A DNA stretch of 37,985 nt from contig JAXLQJ010000067.1 in NCBI GenBank assembly GCA_046331705.1, positions 1-37,985 of the forward strand, given 5' to 3'. Source of the stretch: a bacterium (lineage in GTDB: Bacteria; JADJOY01). The stretch's first letter is position 1, and each line of letters begins with the position of its first letter. Under the pieces are notes generated by a model. It made no database searches and had not been told where the DNA came from. It saw only the letters and a list, made by a program, of their open reading frames with translations. The translations under genes and the position numbers were made by a program. This document shows, in pieces, positions 26,101 to 35,317 of the stretch.

Positions 26101-27620
26101 TGCTCTCGAGAAACCTCGCGCGCAGCACCGCACGTCGCGTCCGAGCGGCGCGTCGCGCTCGCTCCCGCAGGGCGCCGCTGCTCGCGGCTGCGTTCGTCGC
26201 GCTCACCGGCTGCGGTTATCTCGCTGAGAAGGGCGAGGAGAGCCGCGGCACCGAGAACCTGCCGTCGCAGGGAATCGGTCCCTGGGTCAAGTACGACGCG
26301 GTCTGCGCGGACGAGAAGCCGGTGCCGCCGGGAGCGTCCCCGGATCTCAGCCTCCAACCGGTGCTCCTCGGCAGCGGCGTCGGCCACTACATGGCGGAGC
26401 CTTCGGTGGTGTCGGATGCGAGCGGCCTCACGGTGTTCTACGAGGACCGGGCGTCCTCGCGCAGCGAGATCCGGCGCGCGGGAGTCGTGCTCGGGCCCGA
26501 GGACGACTGCCGTCCGGCGACGGTCGCCGTCTTGGACGACGCGATCGTGCTCACTCCGTCGACAGGCGGGTTCGAGCGCGGCCGCGTCGGCGCACCCGCC
26601 GTGGTGCAGGGCGCCTCGCTATCGGGCGTCGACCCGTCGCTGCCCACGACCTACGCGATGTACTACGCGGGCGGAAACGGCGACGGAATCGGTCTCGCCG
26701 TGAGCGCCGACGGTCGCTCCTGGCGGCGCGTGGGTCCGGACGGTCGCGAGCAGAGCGCACGGGCGCCCGAGCCGCTGCTCACGTCGCTGGCGCAGGGCTG
26801 GGACGCCGGCAACGTCGGATCGCCCGCCGTGGTGCAGCGCCCGGATGGTACGTGGCTGCTCTATTTCGACGGCGATCGGTTCGGGAGTCGCTCGATCGGC
26901 GTCGCCACATCCACGGACGGCGTCCACTGGACGCGGGTGGGGCTCGATGGTCGCACCGGCGAGGCGGCGGGCGCGATCGTGACGCCGTCGTTCACGGGGC
27001 CGAAGGAGCAGACCAACTGGGAGTTCCAGCGCTCGGACGATCCCAGCTCGGGTTCGGTTGGCGCTCCCATGGTCCTGCTCGATCGCGGTCCGATCCGCGA
27101 CCTCTTCATCCTCTACTACACGGGAAACCTGCGCGGGCCGCTGATCGACGACTACGACGCGGTGGACTCGAGCGTGGGTGTGGCGTGGTCGAGCGACGGC
27201 ATCCACTTCGAGAAAGCCTCCACCGAGGTGCATTTCCCGGACACGGCGAACGAGGTCAATCCGGTGCTCGCCGAGCATTTCCCGCTGTGCGTGTCGAACG
27301 ACGATCTGGCGTGCTTGCTCGGCGCGATCCAGCCGATCTTCGATGCGCTGCACGGCCCGGACGGTTTCTGCACCGAGGCCGGCAACGAGCTGGCGCCGCT
27401 CTGCACGCGCAAGGACCCTGGCGACGGCACGCCCGGCTCCGGATCGAGCAACTCGCTCAATCCCTTCTTCATCGTCGACGAAGCCGAGCCCTCGGTCGTC
27501 CAGCTCGGCGAACGCTTCGTGATCTTCTACCACCAGCAATCGGACGCGCTGAACCTGCTGACCAACGGCTTGGCGCAAAACGGCATCGCGGTGGCGCTCG
27601 ACAATTTCCGGCCGTTCTGA
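26100..27620 (+). CDS. Lipoprotein with five-bladed beta-propeller (GH43/32/130-like fold)
   Basis: TGATG overlap start, lipobox LTGC. Three full blades (VGxPxVV..LYYxG..IGxAxSxDGxxW) plus two AEPSVV..FY blades. Confidence 0.72.
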   Translation: MLSRNLARSTARRVRAARRARSRRAPLLAAAFVALTGCGYLAEKGEESRGTENLPSQGIGPWVKYDAVCADEKPVPPGASPDLSLQPVLLGSGVGHYMAEPSVVSDASGLTVFYEDRASSRSEIRRAGVVLGPEDDCRPATVAVLDDAIVLTPSTGGFERGRVGAPAVVQGASLSGVDPSLPTTYAMYYAGGNGDGIGLAVSADGRSWRRVGPDGREQSARAPEPLLTSLAQGWDAGNVGSPAVVQRPDGTWLLYFDGDRFGSRSIGVATSTDGVHWTRVGLDGRTGEAAGAIVTPSFTGPKEQTNWEFQRSDDPSSGSVGAPMVLLDRGPIRDLFILYYTGNLRGPLIDDYDAVDSSVGVAWSSDGIHFEKASTEVHFPDTANEVNPVLAEHFPLCVSNDDLACLLGAIQPIFDALHGPDGFCTEAGNELAPLCTRKDPGDGTPGSGSSNSLNPFFIVDEAEPSVVQLGERFVIFYHQQSDALNLLTNGLAQNGIAVALDNFRPF

Positions 27621-27639
27621 GCCGTCCCGCCGGGGTGGG

Positions 27640-28644
27640 TCACGGGCGCTTGGACGGCGGGAAGAGCACGTCTAGGCGATCGAGGTCGGCGGCGCGCCGG
27701 AACTCGTCCCCGGAGAAGTGGCGCTCGCGCAGCTGATTGAGCGCGTCCACCCGCTTCACGGGATCGAGTGACGGATCGCCGAGGATCGCGTCGCGCTCGA
27801 CGCGGTAGGCGGCGAAGCGCGCGTCCCACGTGGCGTCGGTGGCGCGCGGCGCGGCGGCCACCCCACTCGGCGCGGCCTCGTGGGAGCCGATCGTGGGGCG
27901 ATCGTCCGGGGATGGCGCCAGCGATGGGTCCACGCGGTGGATCAGGCGCGCGAGCGCCGCCTCGCTGGCATCGTGCTCCGGGTCGAAGAGGGTGGCGGCC
28001 AGCGCGTCGCCGAAGATCGTGCGCTCGATCGCGCGGGTCTCGGCGAGCCGCTCGGCCAGCGCACGCACGTCCCGGCCCGCGGGCGGAAGTGCCCGCGTGG
28101 CGTCGACGTAGCGGAAGTAGCGATCGAGGAGGTCGCGTGCCTCGCTCGCCGCGGGTGCCGCCAGCTCGCGATCGATCGTCGCCTCGATCGCCTGACGCGC
28201 CTGCTCGCGGCGCCAATCGCCGATCTCGTCGTGGATCTCGCGGAAGAGTTGGATCGCGCCGGGAGTGGGCCGGAAATGGCCAGCGCCATCCACCTCCAGC
28301 AGCCCGGCACGTGACGGCGGCGGGTCCAGGGCGGCGCTCGGCGCGACGACGGGCTCGGGCGCTCGGGGCGCGGGCGCGAGCATGCGCGGCATCCCGTGAC
28401 CCGAGTCCTCCGCTGCCGCTTCCGCGGGTGGTTCGGGGACGATCGGCGGGGCGGGCGTCCCGGGCAGCCGGGGCAGGTACTTGGCGGGAACCCGGAAGCG
28501 CTCGGGATCGGGTGGCGGCAGCGTCAGGCTGAGCGTGCCCACGACCAGCGTCGTGACGAGAACCGCGCAGCCCGCCGCCACGACCGCGAGCCGCGCGAGC
28601 CGTCCGTGCGACGCGCCCGAGCCACCGTTGCCGAACCGATCCAT
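27640..28644 (-). CDS. Lipase chaperone (Lif/LimA)-like protein
   Basis: N-terminal TM anchor, Pro/Ala-rich spacer, helical core LLDRYFRY..IFGDALAATLFDPE and C-terminal WDARFAAYRVERDAIL..LNQLRERHFSGDEFRR. Alternative GTG start at 28656. Confidence 0.72.
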   Translation of the reverse strand: MDRFGNGGSGASHGRLARLAVVAAGCAVLVTTLVVGTLSLTLPPPDPERFRVPAKYLPRLPGTPAPPIVPEPPAEAAAEDSGHGMPRMLAPAPRAPEPVVAPSAALDPPPSRAGLLEVDGAGHFRPTPGAIQLFREIHDEIGDWRREQARQAIEATIDRELAAPAASEARDLLDRYFRYVDATRALPPAGRDVRALAERLAETRAIERTIFGDALAATLFDPEHDASEAALARLIHRVDPSLAPSPDDRPTIGSHEAAPSGVAAAPRATDATWDARFAAYRVERDAILGDPSLDPVKRVDALNQLRERHFSGDEFRRAADLDRLDVLFPPSKRP

Positions 28645-28824
28645 CGTCTCACGCACGCCTGCGCACCGCCGGATGCGCGTCGCTCGCGAGCCGCCGAGCG
28701 AACGTGCCCGGGTATGCTACACGAGCCGGAGCGGCTTGGATCCGCGCGCGGGCCGCCACGGCCGCGTCCGCACAGTGCGACGGTGAACGGCCCGAACCGA
28801 CCCGCGTCTCCGTCGCCCGCGCAC

Positions 28825-31800
28825 ATGTCGCCCACCTGGCACGTCTCGATCTCGCATCCGCCCGCGGAGCGAGCCGCCGCGATGCGCTTGGCCGAGCGGC
28901 TGCTGGGTGTCGGGATCGCGGTGGCGCTCGACGACTGGTCGCTCGCGAGTCGGGAAGGCTCCCACGAGCGATCCGCGGGGGCGTGGAGCGAGGCGTTGCT
29001 CGTCTCGCGCGCCGCCTTCGACGAACGCTGGCACGCGGAGCTCGCACGGCGCCTGCTCGGCGGCGCCGTGGCGGGACGTCGCCGGCTGGTGCCGGTGCTG
29101 CTCGAGGACCTCGGCGAGGTGCCCGCGGCCTTGCGCTCGCGGCCGAGCGTGGACGCGTCCACGGACCCGACGTTCGCCAGCACCGCGTGGCTGTGGCGAT
29201 TGGTGGCGATGCTGCGTGGGGAACGCGGCGACTCGCCGCCGCCGAGCGATTGGCCGGCGACGCTCGCGCCCCTCGCCGGGCAAGCCGTGATCGCTGCGGT
29301 CGATCTGCGGCTGACGGCCGATCGCATCATCGCCACGCTCGACGGGCGAGAGGTCGAGCACGTCTTCTCCGCCGACGCGCTCGCGACCCTCGAGTCGGCG
29401 ACCCATGCCGGCGGGCTCGACCGGACGGCGCTCGCGCCGGTGCTGCTCGGTGGAGCCGTCGGGGCTTGCGTTCGGGACGCGGTGCGCGCCGAGCGCGAGC
29501 GTGCGGGCTCGGTCGAGCTGCGCTTCGAGGTCGCGCACCGCCCGTGGCAGCCCTTCGATTGGGAGAGCGCGCTGGCGTCGGCGCTCGGCGTGTCGTCCGG
29601 CGCGCAGGGAGTCGCGGGCTCGCCGTGGCTGCGCATCGCGCGCGTTCAGCCATCGTGCGCGGTGGCGCTGCCCGCGGCGCGCGGCGGACCGCTCGAGCTC
29701 CTCGTGATCCTCGCCAGTCCGGATTCGCGTCATGGCTCGGGCACGCGCGTCGACGTCGAGCGCGCGTCGCGCGCGCTGCTGGCCGCGGTGGAGCCAGCCT
29801 GCGCTGGCGGGCTCGTGCGCGTGACCCTGCGGGATCGGGCCGTCGCGAACGAGATCCGCGCCACGGTCGCCGAGCGTCCGCCGCACGTGGTGCTGTTGGT
29901 GGCGGCGATGCGTCAAGGAGAGCTGGCGCTGGCACGGCCCGACGATCGCGAGGAACGCATGGTCCCGTCGCGCTGGGTCGCCGAGGCGCTCGGGGGGCCG
30001 AGCGCCGTCCCGCTGCTGATCGTGGCGAACGCGCCGCTCAAGGACGCCGTCACTCCGCCGCGCGATCTGGCGCTCGAGGCCGCGCGCGTGGGCTACGAGC
30101 TGGTGGCCGCGGGCCTGCCCGCCGTGCTGGCGCTTTCCGACGTCGAGGGGCACGCCGCACTCGTTTCTCGGCTGCTCGCCCACGCGAGCGCCGACGCGAA
30201 CGACTCCTTGCGGGACGTGTTCGCGCGGGCGCGAGCGGTGGGAGACGCGTCGAGCGACGCGTCCGAGTCTCTCGCTCCTCCGACCGCGCTCTTCCTCACG
30301 ACACCGCTGGTGCGTCCGGTCCTGGCGAGCGGCGGCCGCGCGGAAGACGGCAGCACGACTGCGCCGCAACCGCCCCGCGTCGGCGTGCTGGGACGGCGCG
30401 GCGAGCTGCGCGCGTTGCGCAAGGTGTTGCAGGCCACCGATCGCTCGGGGCTCTGGATCACGGGCGCCGCCGGCGTGGGCAAGACGACGCTCGCCGCCGC
30501 GCTCGTGGAGGCGCACGACGACGCGCCACGCCTGGCGGTCACGCTCACCGGGCGCGTGGTGCCCGAGGACATCGTCGAGGAGGTCGGCCGACGGATCCGC
30601 GCGCAGCTGCGCGTGAGCTACGAGCGCGAGGACCCCGAGGCCGATGGCCGCGAACCGTTGCGGGTGCTGGCCGAGTATCTGTGCCGCGCGGACGTACCGT
30701 GGCGCGAGCGCTGGGAGCGGCTGACGCGGGAGACGGCGGGACGGCTGGCGATCGTGATCGTTCTGGACGCCTTCGAGGAGAATCAGGACGACGACGGCCG
30801 GATCATCGACGGCAGCCTGCGCGAGCTGCTGGAGGTCTGGCCGCGTGAGGCGGGCGCGCCGCGCTCGGTCGTGGCGTCGCGGCGGCCACTCGCCCGCGAC
30901 GAGCTGCGCCCTGCGCACCTCGAGACGGTGCTGCTCGAGCCGCTCCCCGCGGACGCGGCGAGCTGGATGCGCATCGGCACGGAACACGCGGTCGCGTTGC
31001 CGCGGGAGCTCGCCGAGCGCTTCGCCGCTGCCTGCGGCGGGGTGCCGCGCCGCCTCCAGCTGCTCGAGTCGGTGTTGGCGTCGGGTGGCACGTCGGCGCT
31101 CGCGGACGTGCTCGCGAGCGACCACGCGGATCTGGTGCCGAGCAGCATCGCGCGGCTGATCGCCGGTCTGGCGAGCCCGTCGGCGCGGACCCTGCTGCGG
31201 CGCGCGTGCGTGCATCGCGTCGCGGTGGATCGGCTGGGCCTCGCCTGGCTGATCGGGCGCGAACGCGACCAGCACCACGACGCCGCGGTCGCGGAGCGGC
31301 TGGCGCGCTTCGACGAGGCGATCCGCGCCGCGCGGGTGCGCGGCGAGGAGCCGAGCGTCGAGTCGTTGGGGCTCTCGCGCGACGACCAGCGGGTGCTGGA
31401 GCAGGACATCGCGTCGCGCTTGCGGCCGCCGATCGAGCCGCCCGAGGGGCTGGATGAAGCGCTCGACGAGCTGGTCGCTGCAGGCTTGCTCGAGCGTCGG
31501 GGGGAAGCGGAAGGAAGTCGCTTCGTGGTGCCGCGCTGGCTCGTGCCCCATCTCGACGCCACGGCGGAACCGGGTGAACGGGTGCTCGCCCACCAGCGGG
31601 CAGCGCGCTACCGGCACTGGCGGGTGCGCACGCTGCCGCGGCCGGCGCACGCCGACCTGGCGGATCTCGTCGAGCTTCGCCGCCACCTGCTCGCAGCCGA
31701 CGAGCTGCAGCAGGCGGCGCGAATCGCCGAGGTGGTGGTCACGCAGCTCGATGCGCTGGGTGCGCTGGAGCGCGCCGAGCGGCTCTGCCACGAGGTGCTG

Positions 31801-32856
31801 GGGCAGCTGCCGCGGGACTCCGCCGCGGCGCGCGCGTTCCGCCATCAGCTGGGCATCTGCGCACGCCGACGTGGCCGCATCAGCGAGGCTCGAACCTTCT
31901 TCCACGAAGCCGCGACCCGCGAGGACGCGCACCGCGACGGGCCCGGGCTGGCGCGCTCGTGGGGCGAGCTCGGGGTGGTGGCGGCGCTCGACGGCGACCT
32001 CGCCGCAGCGCAGGCGTGGTTCGAGAAGTCGCTGGCGCTGGCGGTCGAGGCCGGCGACGAGGACGCCGAGGCGACGAATCTGCACCACTTGGCCGTGCTG
32101 GCACGGCATGCCGGCGATCTCGCGTCCGCGTCCTCCCGGATCGAGCGCGCGTTGGCGATCCGGGAAGCGCGTGCATCCGACCCCGAGCTGCTCGGCGTGC
32201 TGCTCACCGCCGGCGAGCTGCTGCGCGCGCGTCAACGCTTCGACGATTCGGCGGCGGCCTCGTCGCGGGCCTTGGTGCTGGCGCGGGCGCGCGGTGACAC
32301 GGCGCGCGCCCATCGGGCGTGGCTCGCGCTGGCGCGCACGGCGCGCGAGCGCGATCAGCCCGAAGAGGCCGCTCGTCACCTTGGCGCCGCGCTGGAGGCG
32401 GCGGCGGCGCGCGGCGACCGCGCGCACGTGAGCGAGGCCGCTGCCGAGCTGGGACGCTTGGCCGAGGTTCGCGGCGAGCCGGACGAGGCGTGGCGGGCGT
32501 TCCGGCGCGCGCTCGAGTCGTCGGAGCGCGACGGCGATCGCGAGGGCATGATCGCGGCGTATCTGGATCTGGCGCGGCTCGATCGGCGGCGCGGTCACGC
32601 GATCGACGCCCTCGGCTGGGCGGTGCACGCGGTGGCGGCGGCGCTCACGATCGGCTCGGCGCGCACCGCCGAGGCGCTGGATGCGCTCACCGAGCTGGCC
32701 CGCAACGCGGGCAGCAGGAAGCGCTGGCGCTCGAGCTGGAAGCGCGCGTACGACGTGGAGCCGCCGCCCGAGGTCGTCGCGTGGGTCGAGGCGCCGTGGT
32801 GGCGTCGCGTGGCGCGGCGCCGCGAGATCCGCGCGCGCGAGGAAGCGCGCGGCTGA
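28825..32856 (+). CDS. TIR-like - CHAT-like - STAND NTPase - TPR protein (NLR-like)
   Basis: ATG 28825. TIR_2-like VSISH..RLAERL..GIAVALDDW..RLVPVLL, CHAT-like FDWE..PLELLVILASP..AGLPAVLA, Walker A GAAGVGKTT, Walker B IVIVLDAFE, C-terminal TPR array. Confidence 0.78.
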   Translation: MSPTWHVSISHPPAERAAAMRLAERLLGVGIAVALDDWSLASREGSHERSAGAWSEALLVSRAAFDERWHAELARRLLGGAVAGRRRLVPVLLEDLGEVPAALRSRPSVDASTDPTFASTAWLWRLVAMLRGERGDSPPPSDWPATLAPLAGQAVIAAVDLRLTADRIIATLDGREVEHVFSADALATLESATHAGGLDRTALAPVLLGGAVGACVRDAVRAERERAGSVELRFEVAHRPWQPFDWESALASALGVSSGAQGVAGSPWLRIARVQPSCAVALPAARGGPLELLVILASPDSRHGSGTRVDVERASRALLAAVEPACAGGLVRVTLRDRAVANEIRATVAERPPHVVLLVAAMRQGELALARPDDREERMVPSRWVAEALGGPSAVPLLIVANAPLKDAVTPPRDLALEAARVGYELVAAGLPAVLALSDVEGHAALVSRLLAHASADANDSLRDVFARARAVGDASSDASESLAPPTALFLTTPLVRPVLASGGRAEDGSTTAPQPPRVGVLGRRGELRALRKVLQATDRSGLWITGAAGVGKTTLAAALVEAHDDAPRLAVTLTGRVVPEDIVEEVGRRIRAQLRVSYEREDPEADGREPLRVLAEYLCRADVPWRERWERLTRETAGRLAIVIVLDAFEENQDDDGRIIDGSLRELLEVWPREAGAPRSVVASRRPLARDELRPAHLETVLLEPLPADAASWMRIGTEHAVALPRELAERFAAACGGVPRRLQLLESVLASGGTSALADVLASDHADLVPSSIARLIAGLASPSARTLLRRACVHRVAVDRLGLAWLIGRERDQHHDAAVAERLARFDEAIRAARVRGEEPSVESLGLSRDDQRVLEQDIASRLRPPIEPPEGLDEALDELVAAGLLERRGEAEGSRFVVPRWLVPHLDATAEPGERVLAHQRAARYRHWRVRTLPRPAHADLADLVELRRHLLAADELQQAARIAEVVVTQLDALGALERAERLCHEVLGQLPRDSAAARAFRHQLGICARRRGRISEARTFFHEAATREDAHRDGPGLARSWGELGVVAALDGDLAAAQAWFEKSLALAVEAGDEDAEATNLHHLAVLARHAGDLASASSRIERALAIREARASDPELLGVLLTAGELLRARQRFDDSAAASSRALVLARARGDTARAHRAWLALARTARERDQPEEAARHLGAALEAAAARGDRAHVSEAAAELGRLAEVRGEPDEAWRAFRRALESSERDGDREGMIAAYLDLARLDRRRGHAIDALGWAVHAVAAALTIGSARTAEALDALTELARNAGSRKRWRSSWKRAYDVEPPPEVVAWVEAPWWRRVARRREIRAREEARG

Positions 32857-32906
32857 GCTCGAGCGCTCGGCGCGCGCGGCTGGAGCACGCGCGCGGGGAG
32901 GACGAC

Positions 32907-33503
32907 GTGGGCGTCACGATCGGGGTGCTGCTCTTCGACGACGTGGAGGAGCTCGACTTCGTCGGGCCGTGGGAGGTCTTCACGATGGCGGCGAAGCTCC
33001 GCGACGCGGGCGACCGGGTGCTCAGCGTGGCCGAGCGCGAGGCGCCGGTGCGGGCCGCCAAGGGGCTCCGGGTCTTGCCCGATCACACCTTCGCGAACGC
33101 GCCGAAGCTCGACGTGATTCTCGTCCCGGGCGGGCAGGGCACGCGCCGCGAGGTGGGAAACGCAGCGCTCGTCGACTGGATTCGCTCGGTCGGCGCCAGG
33201 TGCACCTGGGTCACCAGCGTGTGTACCGGTGCGCTGCTGCTACGCGAAGCCGGGCTCGCCCGCGGCAAGCGTGTCACCACCCACTGGCGCTTCGTGGAGA
33301 CGCTGCGCGGCTTCGGCGATCTCACCGTCCTCGACGACGTACGCTACGTGCGCGACGGCAACGTCGTCACCGCGGCGGGCGTGTCCGCGGGGATCGACAT
33401 GGCGCTGTGGCTGGTCGGGGAGCTGTGGGGGATTGCGCACGCGCGCATCACGCAGCGTGCGATCCAGTACGATCCGGCGCCGCCCTACGCGGCGGAGGTG
33501 TGA
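32907..33503 (+). CDS. DJ-1/PfpI family protein (isonitrile hydratase-like)
   Basis: GTG after GGGGAGG. Motifs EELDFVGPWEV, VPGG, SVCTGA (catalytic Cys), TAAGVSAGID and YDPAPPY. Confidence 0.9.
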   Translation: MGVTIGVLLFDDVEELDFVGPWEVFTMAAKLRDAGDRVLSVAEREAPVRAAKGLRVLPDHTFANAPKLDVILVPGGQGTRREVGNAALVDWIRSVGARCTWVTSVCTGALLLREAGLARGKRVTTHWRFVETLRGFGDLTVLDDVRYVRDGNVVTAAGVSAGIDMALWLVGELWGIAHARITQRAIQYDPAPPYAAEV

Positions 33504-33528
33504 GCGGCGCCCGCTCGCGGCCGCCGGA

Positions 33529-33870
33529 TCAGGAGAGCTTGGGCACGATCTGAATGACGGTGCGATGCAGGGGCTTCGGACACAGGGTGCCGGATGTCTC
33601 CTCGGCACGCTCGTTCGACGGCTCGATGACCACGACCTGATTGCCCTGCACGTCGGTGCCGACCTTGTCCGCGGGAACGGCGCGGATCTCCCAGATCTCG
33701 TCGACACACGTGGACTTGCCGGCGGCGCCCTTGGTGTTCGCCGCGGTGGCCGCCGAAGCGCTGCTGGCGAAGGTGGCGGCGAGCAGGAGGACCGCCGCGC
33801 AGGGCGCGACGCCCCGCCCGGGAATCCGGGAACGGCGGGTCTGGATCGGGTGCGGTCGCTGGTCGTTCAT
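33529..33870 (-). CDS. Small hypothetical secreted protein
   Basis: ATG 33870 after GAGG, signal peptide ending SASA, mature part of about 70 aa with two Cys. Confidence 0.6.
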   Translation of the reverse strand: MNDQRPHPIQTRRSRIPGRGVAPCAAVLLLAATFASSASAATAANTKGAAGKSTCVDEIWEIRAVPADKVGTDVQGNQVVVIEPSNERAEETSGTLCPKPLHRTVIQIVPKLS

Positions 33871-34129
33871 CGTTGCCTCGCGCGGTGAGGGCAGTCGACG
33901 TCTGGCGCAGGGTACGCCGGCGCGGCGTCGCCGCCCAAGCGATGGCGCGTCAGGGCGTTGGATCCGGGATCGATCCGAGCGCGCTCCGGCGCTCCCGTGT
34001 CCGGTCTCGGATCGCCGCCGTCCGTTACGGCGAGCGGCCGCGAAACCCCTTGCCCTGGGTTCGAATACGCGCGCGATGGCCGTGGACGCTGGCGCGTGAG
34101 CCGATGGCGCCAGCGCCGTCGGCGGATCG

Positions 34130-35308
34130 TCACACGACGAGGGGCAGCCCGAGCTGGCGGCGGGCGATGATGTTCTTCTGGATCTCGGAGGTTCCGCCGC
34201 CAATGGTGTTGACCACGGTGTAGCGATACGAGCGCTCGAAGCGCCCGTCCATCGGTGCGCCCTCGTTGCCGCGCTTCAGGAGCCCCGCGGGGCCCATCAG
34301 CTCCATCGCCCAGTTGGCGATGCGCTGGTCGAGCTCGTTGGCGTAGAGCTTGTACATCGACGATTCGACGGTGGGCACGCGACCCTTGAGCGCCTCGCTC
34401 ACGACCCGACGCTGCATCATGCGCGCGACCTCGAGCTGGGTCACGAGCAGCGCGATGGTGTGCCGCGCCACGGGATCGTCGCGCAGCGGGGCGCCGTCGC
34501 GCTCGGCGCGCATGACCCATTTGCAGAGCGTGTCGACCTTCATCTCCATCGCGCCGATCGGCATCATGCCGAAGCGCTCGAGGTCGAGGGCCTCGCAGAT
34601 GTAGGTCCAGCCCTTGTTGAGCTCGCCCACGACGAAGTCGTCTCCCACCCACACGTCGTCGATGAACACCTCGTTGGTGCGCTCGTCGCCGATGGTCCAG
34701 GTGGGCTGGATGGTGATGCCGGGGTGGCGCATCTCCACCAGGAAGAGCGTGATGCCCTTGTGCTTGGGGGCGTCGGGATCGGTGCGCGCGCCGACCCAGT
34801 ACCAATCGGCGAAATGCGCCGAGGTCGTCCAGATCTTGCGACCGTTGAGGCGCCAGCCGTCGCCGTCGCGGGTGGCCTTGAGCTGCATCGCGGCCGCGTC
34901 CGAGCCGGCTTGCGGCTCGCTGTAGCCGATCGCGAACTCGATCTCGCCGCGCGCGATCCGCGGCAGGAAGTATTCCTTCAGCTTGGCGTTGCCGTGGCGG
35001 ATGATCGTCTTGCCGATGGTGCCGACACCCTTGCCCGGCTGGGGTGCGCCCACGCGCGCCAGACGCTCGGTGAGCAGGAACTCGTACATCCCGCTCAGAT
35101 CCTTCCCTCCGTATTCCTTCGGCCAGGACATGCCGAGCCAACCCTTCTGGGCGAGCTTGCGCATGAAGGCGCGCTTGGGCGGAGTGTCGACCACCTGCGA
35201 GAGCTGCTCGGGCATCGGGTCCATGACCTCGGGGTCCCAGTTGTCGCAGATGAACTGGTCCACCTCGGCCGCGAATGCCTTGAGCTCGTCGGAAAGCTCG
35301 AATTCCAT
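34130..35308 (-). CDS. Acyl-CoA dehydrogenase (steroid-type FadE/ChsE alpha-subunit-like)
   Basis: WPKEYGG, GYSEPQAGSD, NGRKIWTT, TNEVF.DDV.V, ALDLER, TIGGGTSEIQKNIIA. Confidence 0.92.
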   Translation of the reverse strand: MEFELSDELKAFAAEVDQFICDNWDPEVMDPMPEQLSQVVDTPPKRAFMRKLAQKGWLGMSWPKEYGGKDLSGMYEFLLTERLARVGAPQPGKGVGTIGKTIIRHGNAKLKEYFLPRIARGEIEFAIGYSEPQAGSDAAAMQLKATRDGDGWRLNGRKIWTTSAHFADWYWVGARTDPDAPKHKGITLFLVEMRHPGITIQPTWTIGDERTNEVFIDDVWVGDDFVVGELNKGWTYICEALDLERFGMMPIGAMEMKVDTLCKWVMRAERDGAPLRDDPVARHTIALLVTQLEVARMMQRRVVSEALKGRVPTVESSMYKLYANELDQRIANWAMELMGPAGLLKRGNEGAPMDGRFERSYRYTVVNTIGGGTSEIQKNIIARRQLGLPLVV

Positions 35309-35317
35309 CTCGTCACC

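Noticed and set aside
28717-32628. Very long antisense or alternate-frame ORFs (e.g. 28717..32628 -, 17150..19507 +, 11692..13998 +, 2243..4753 -)
   Set aside because: Arg/Ala/Pro-rich shadows of real genes, expected at high GC, with no recognisable motifs.
33971-34014. 9-bp inverted repeat CGATCCGAG/CTCGGATCG in an intergenic region
   Set aside because: Short, GC-rich, with a long loop and no U-tract, so plausible by chance.
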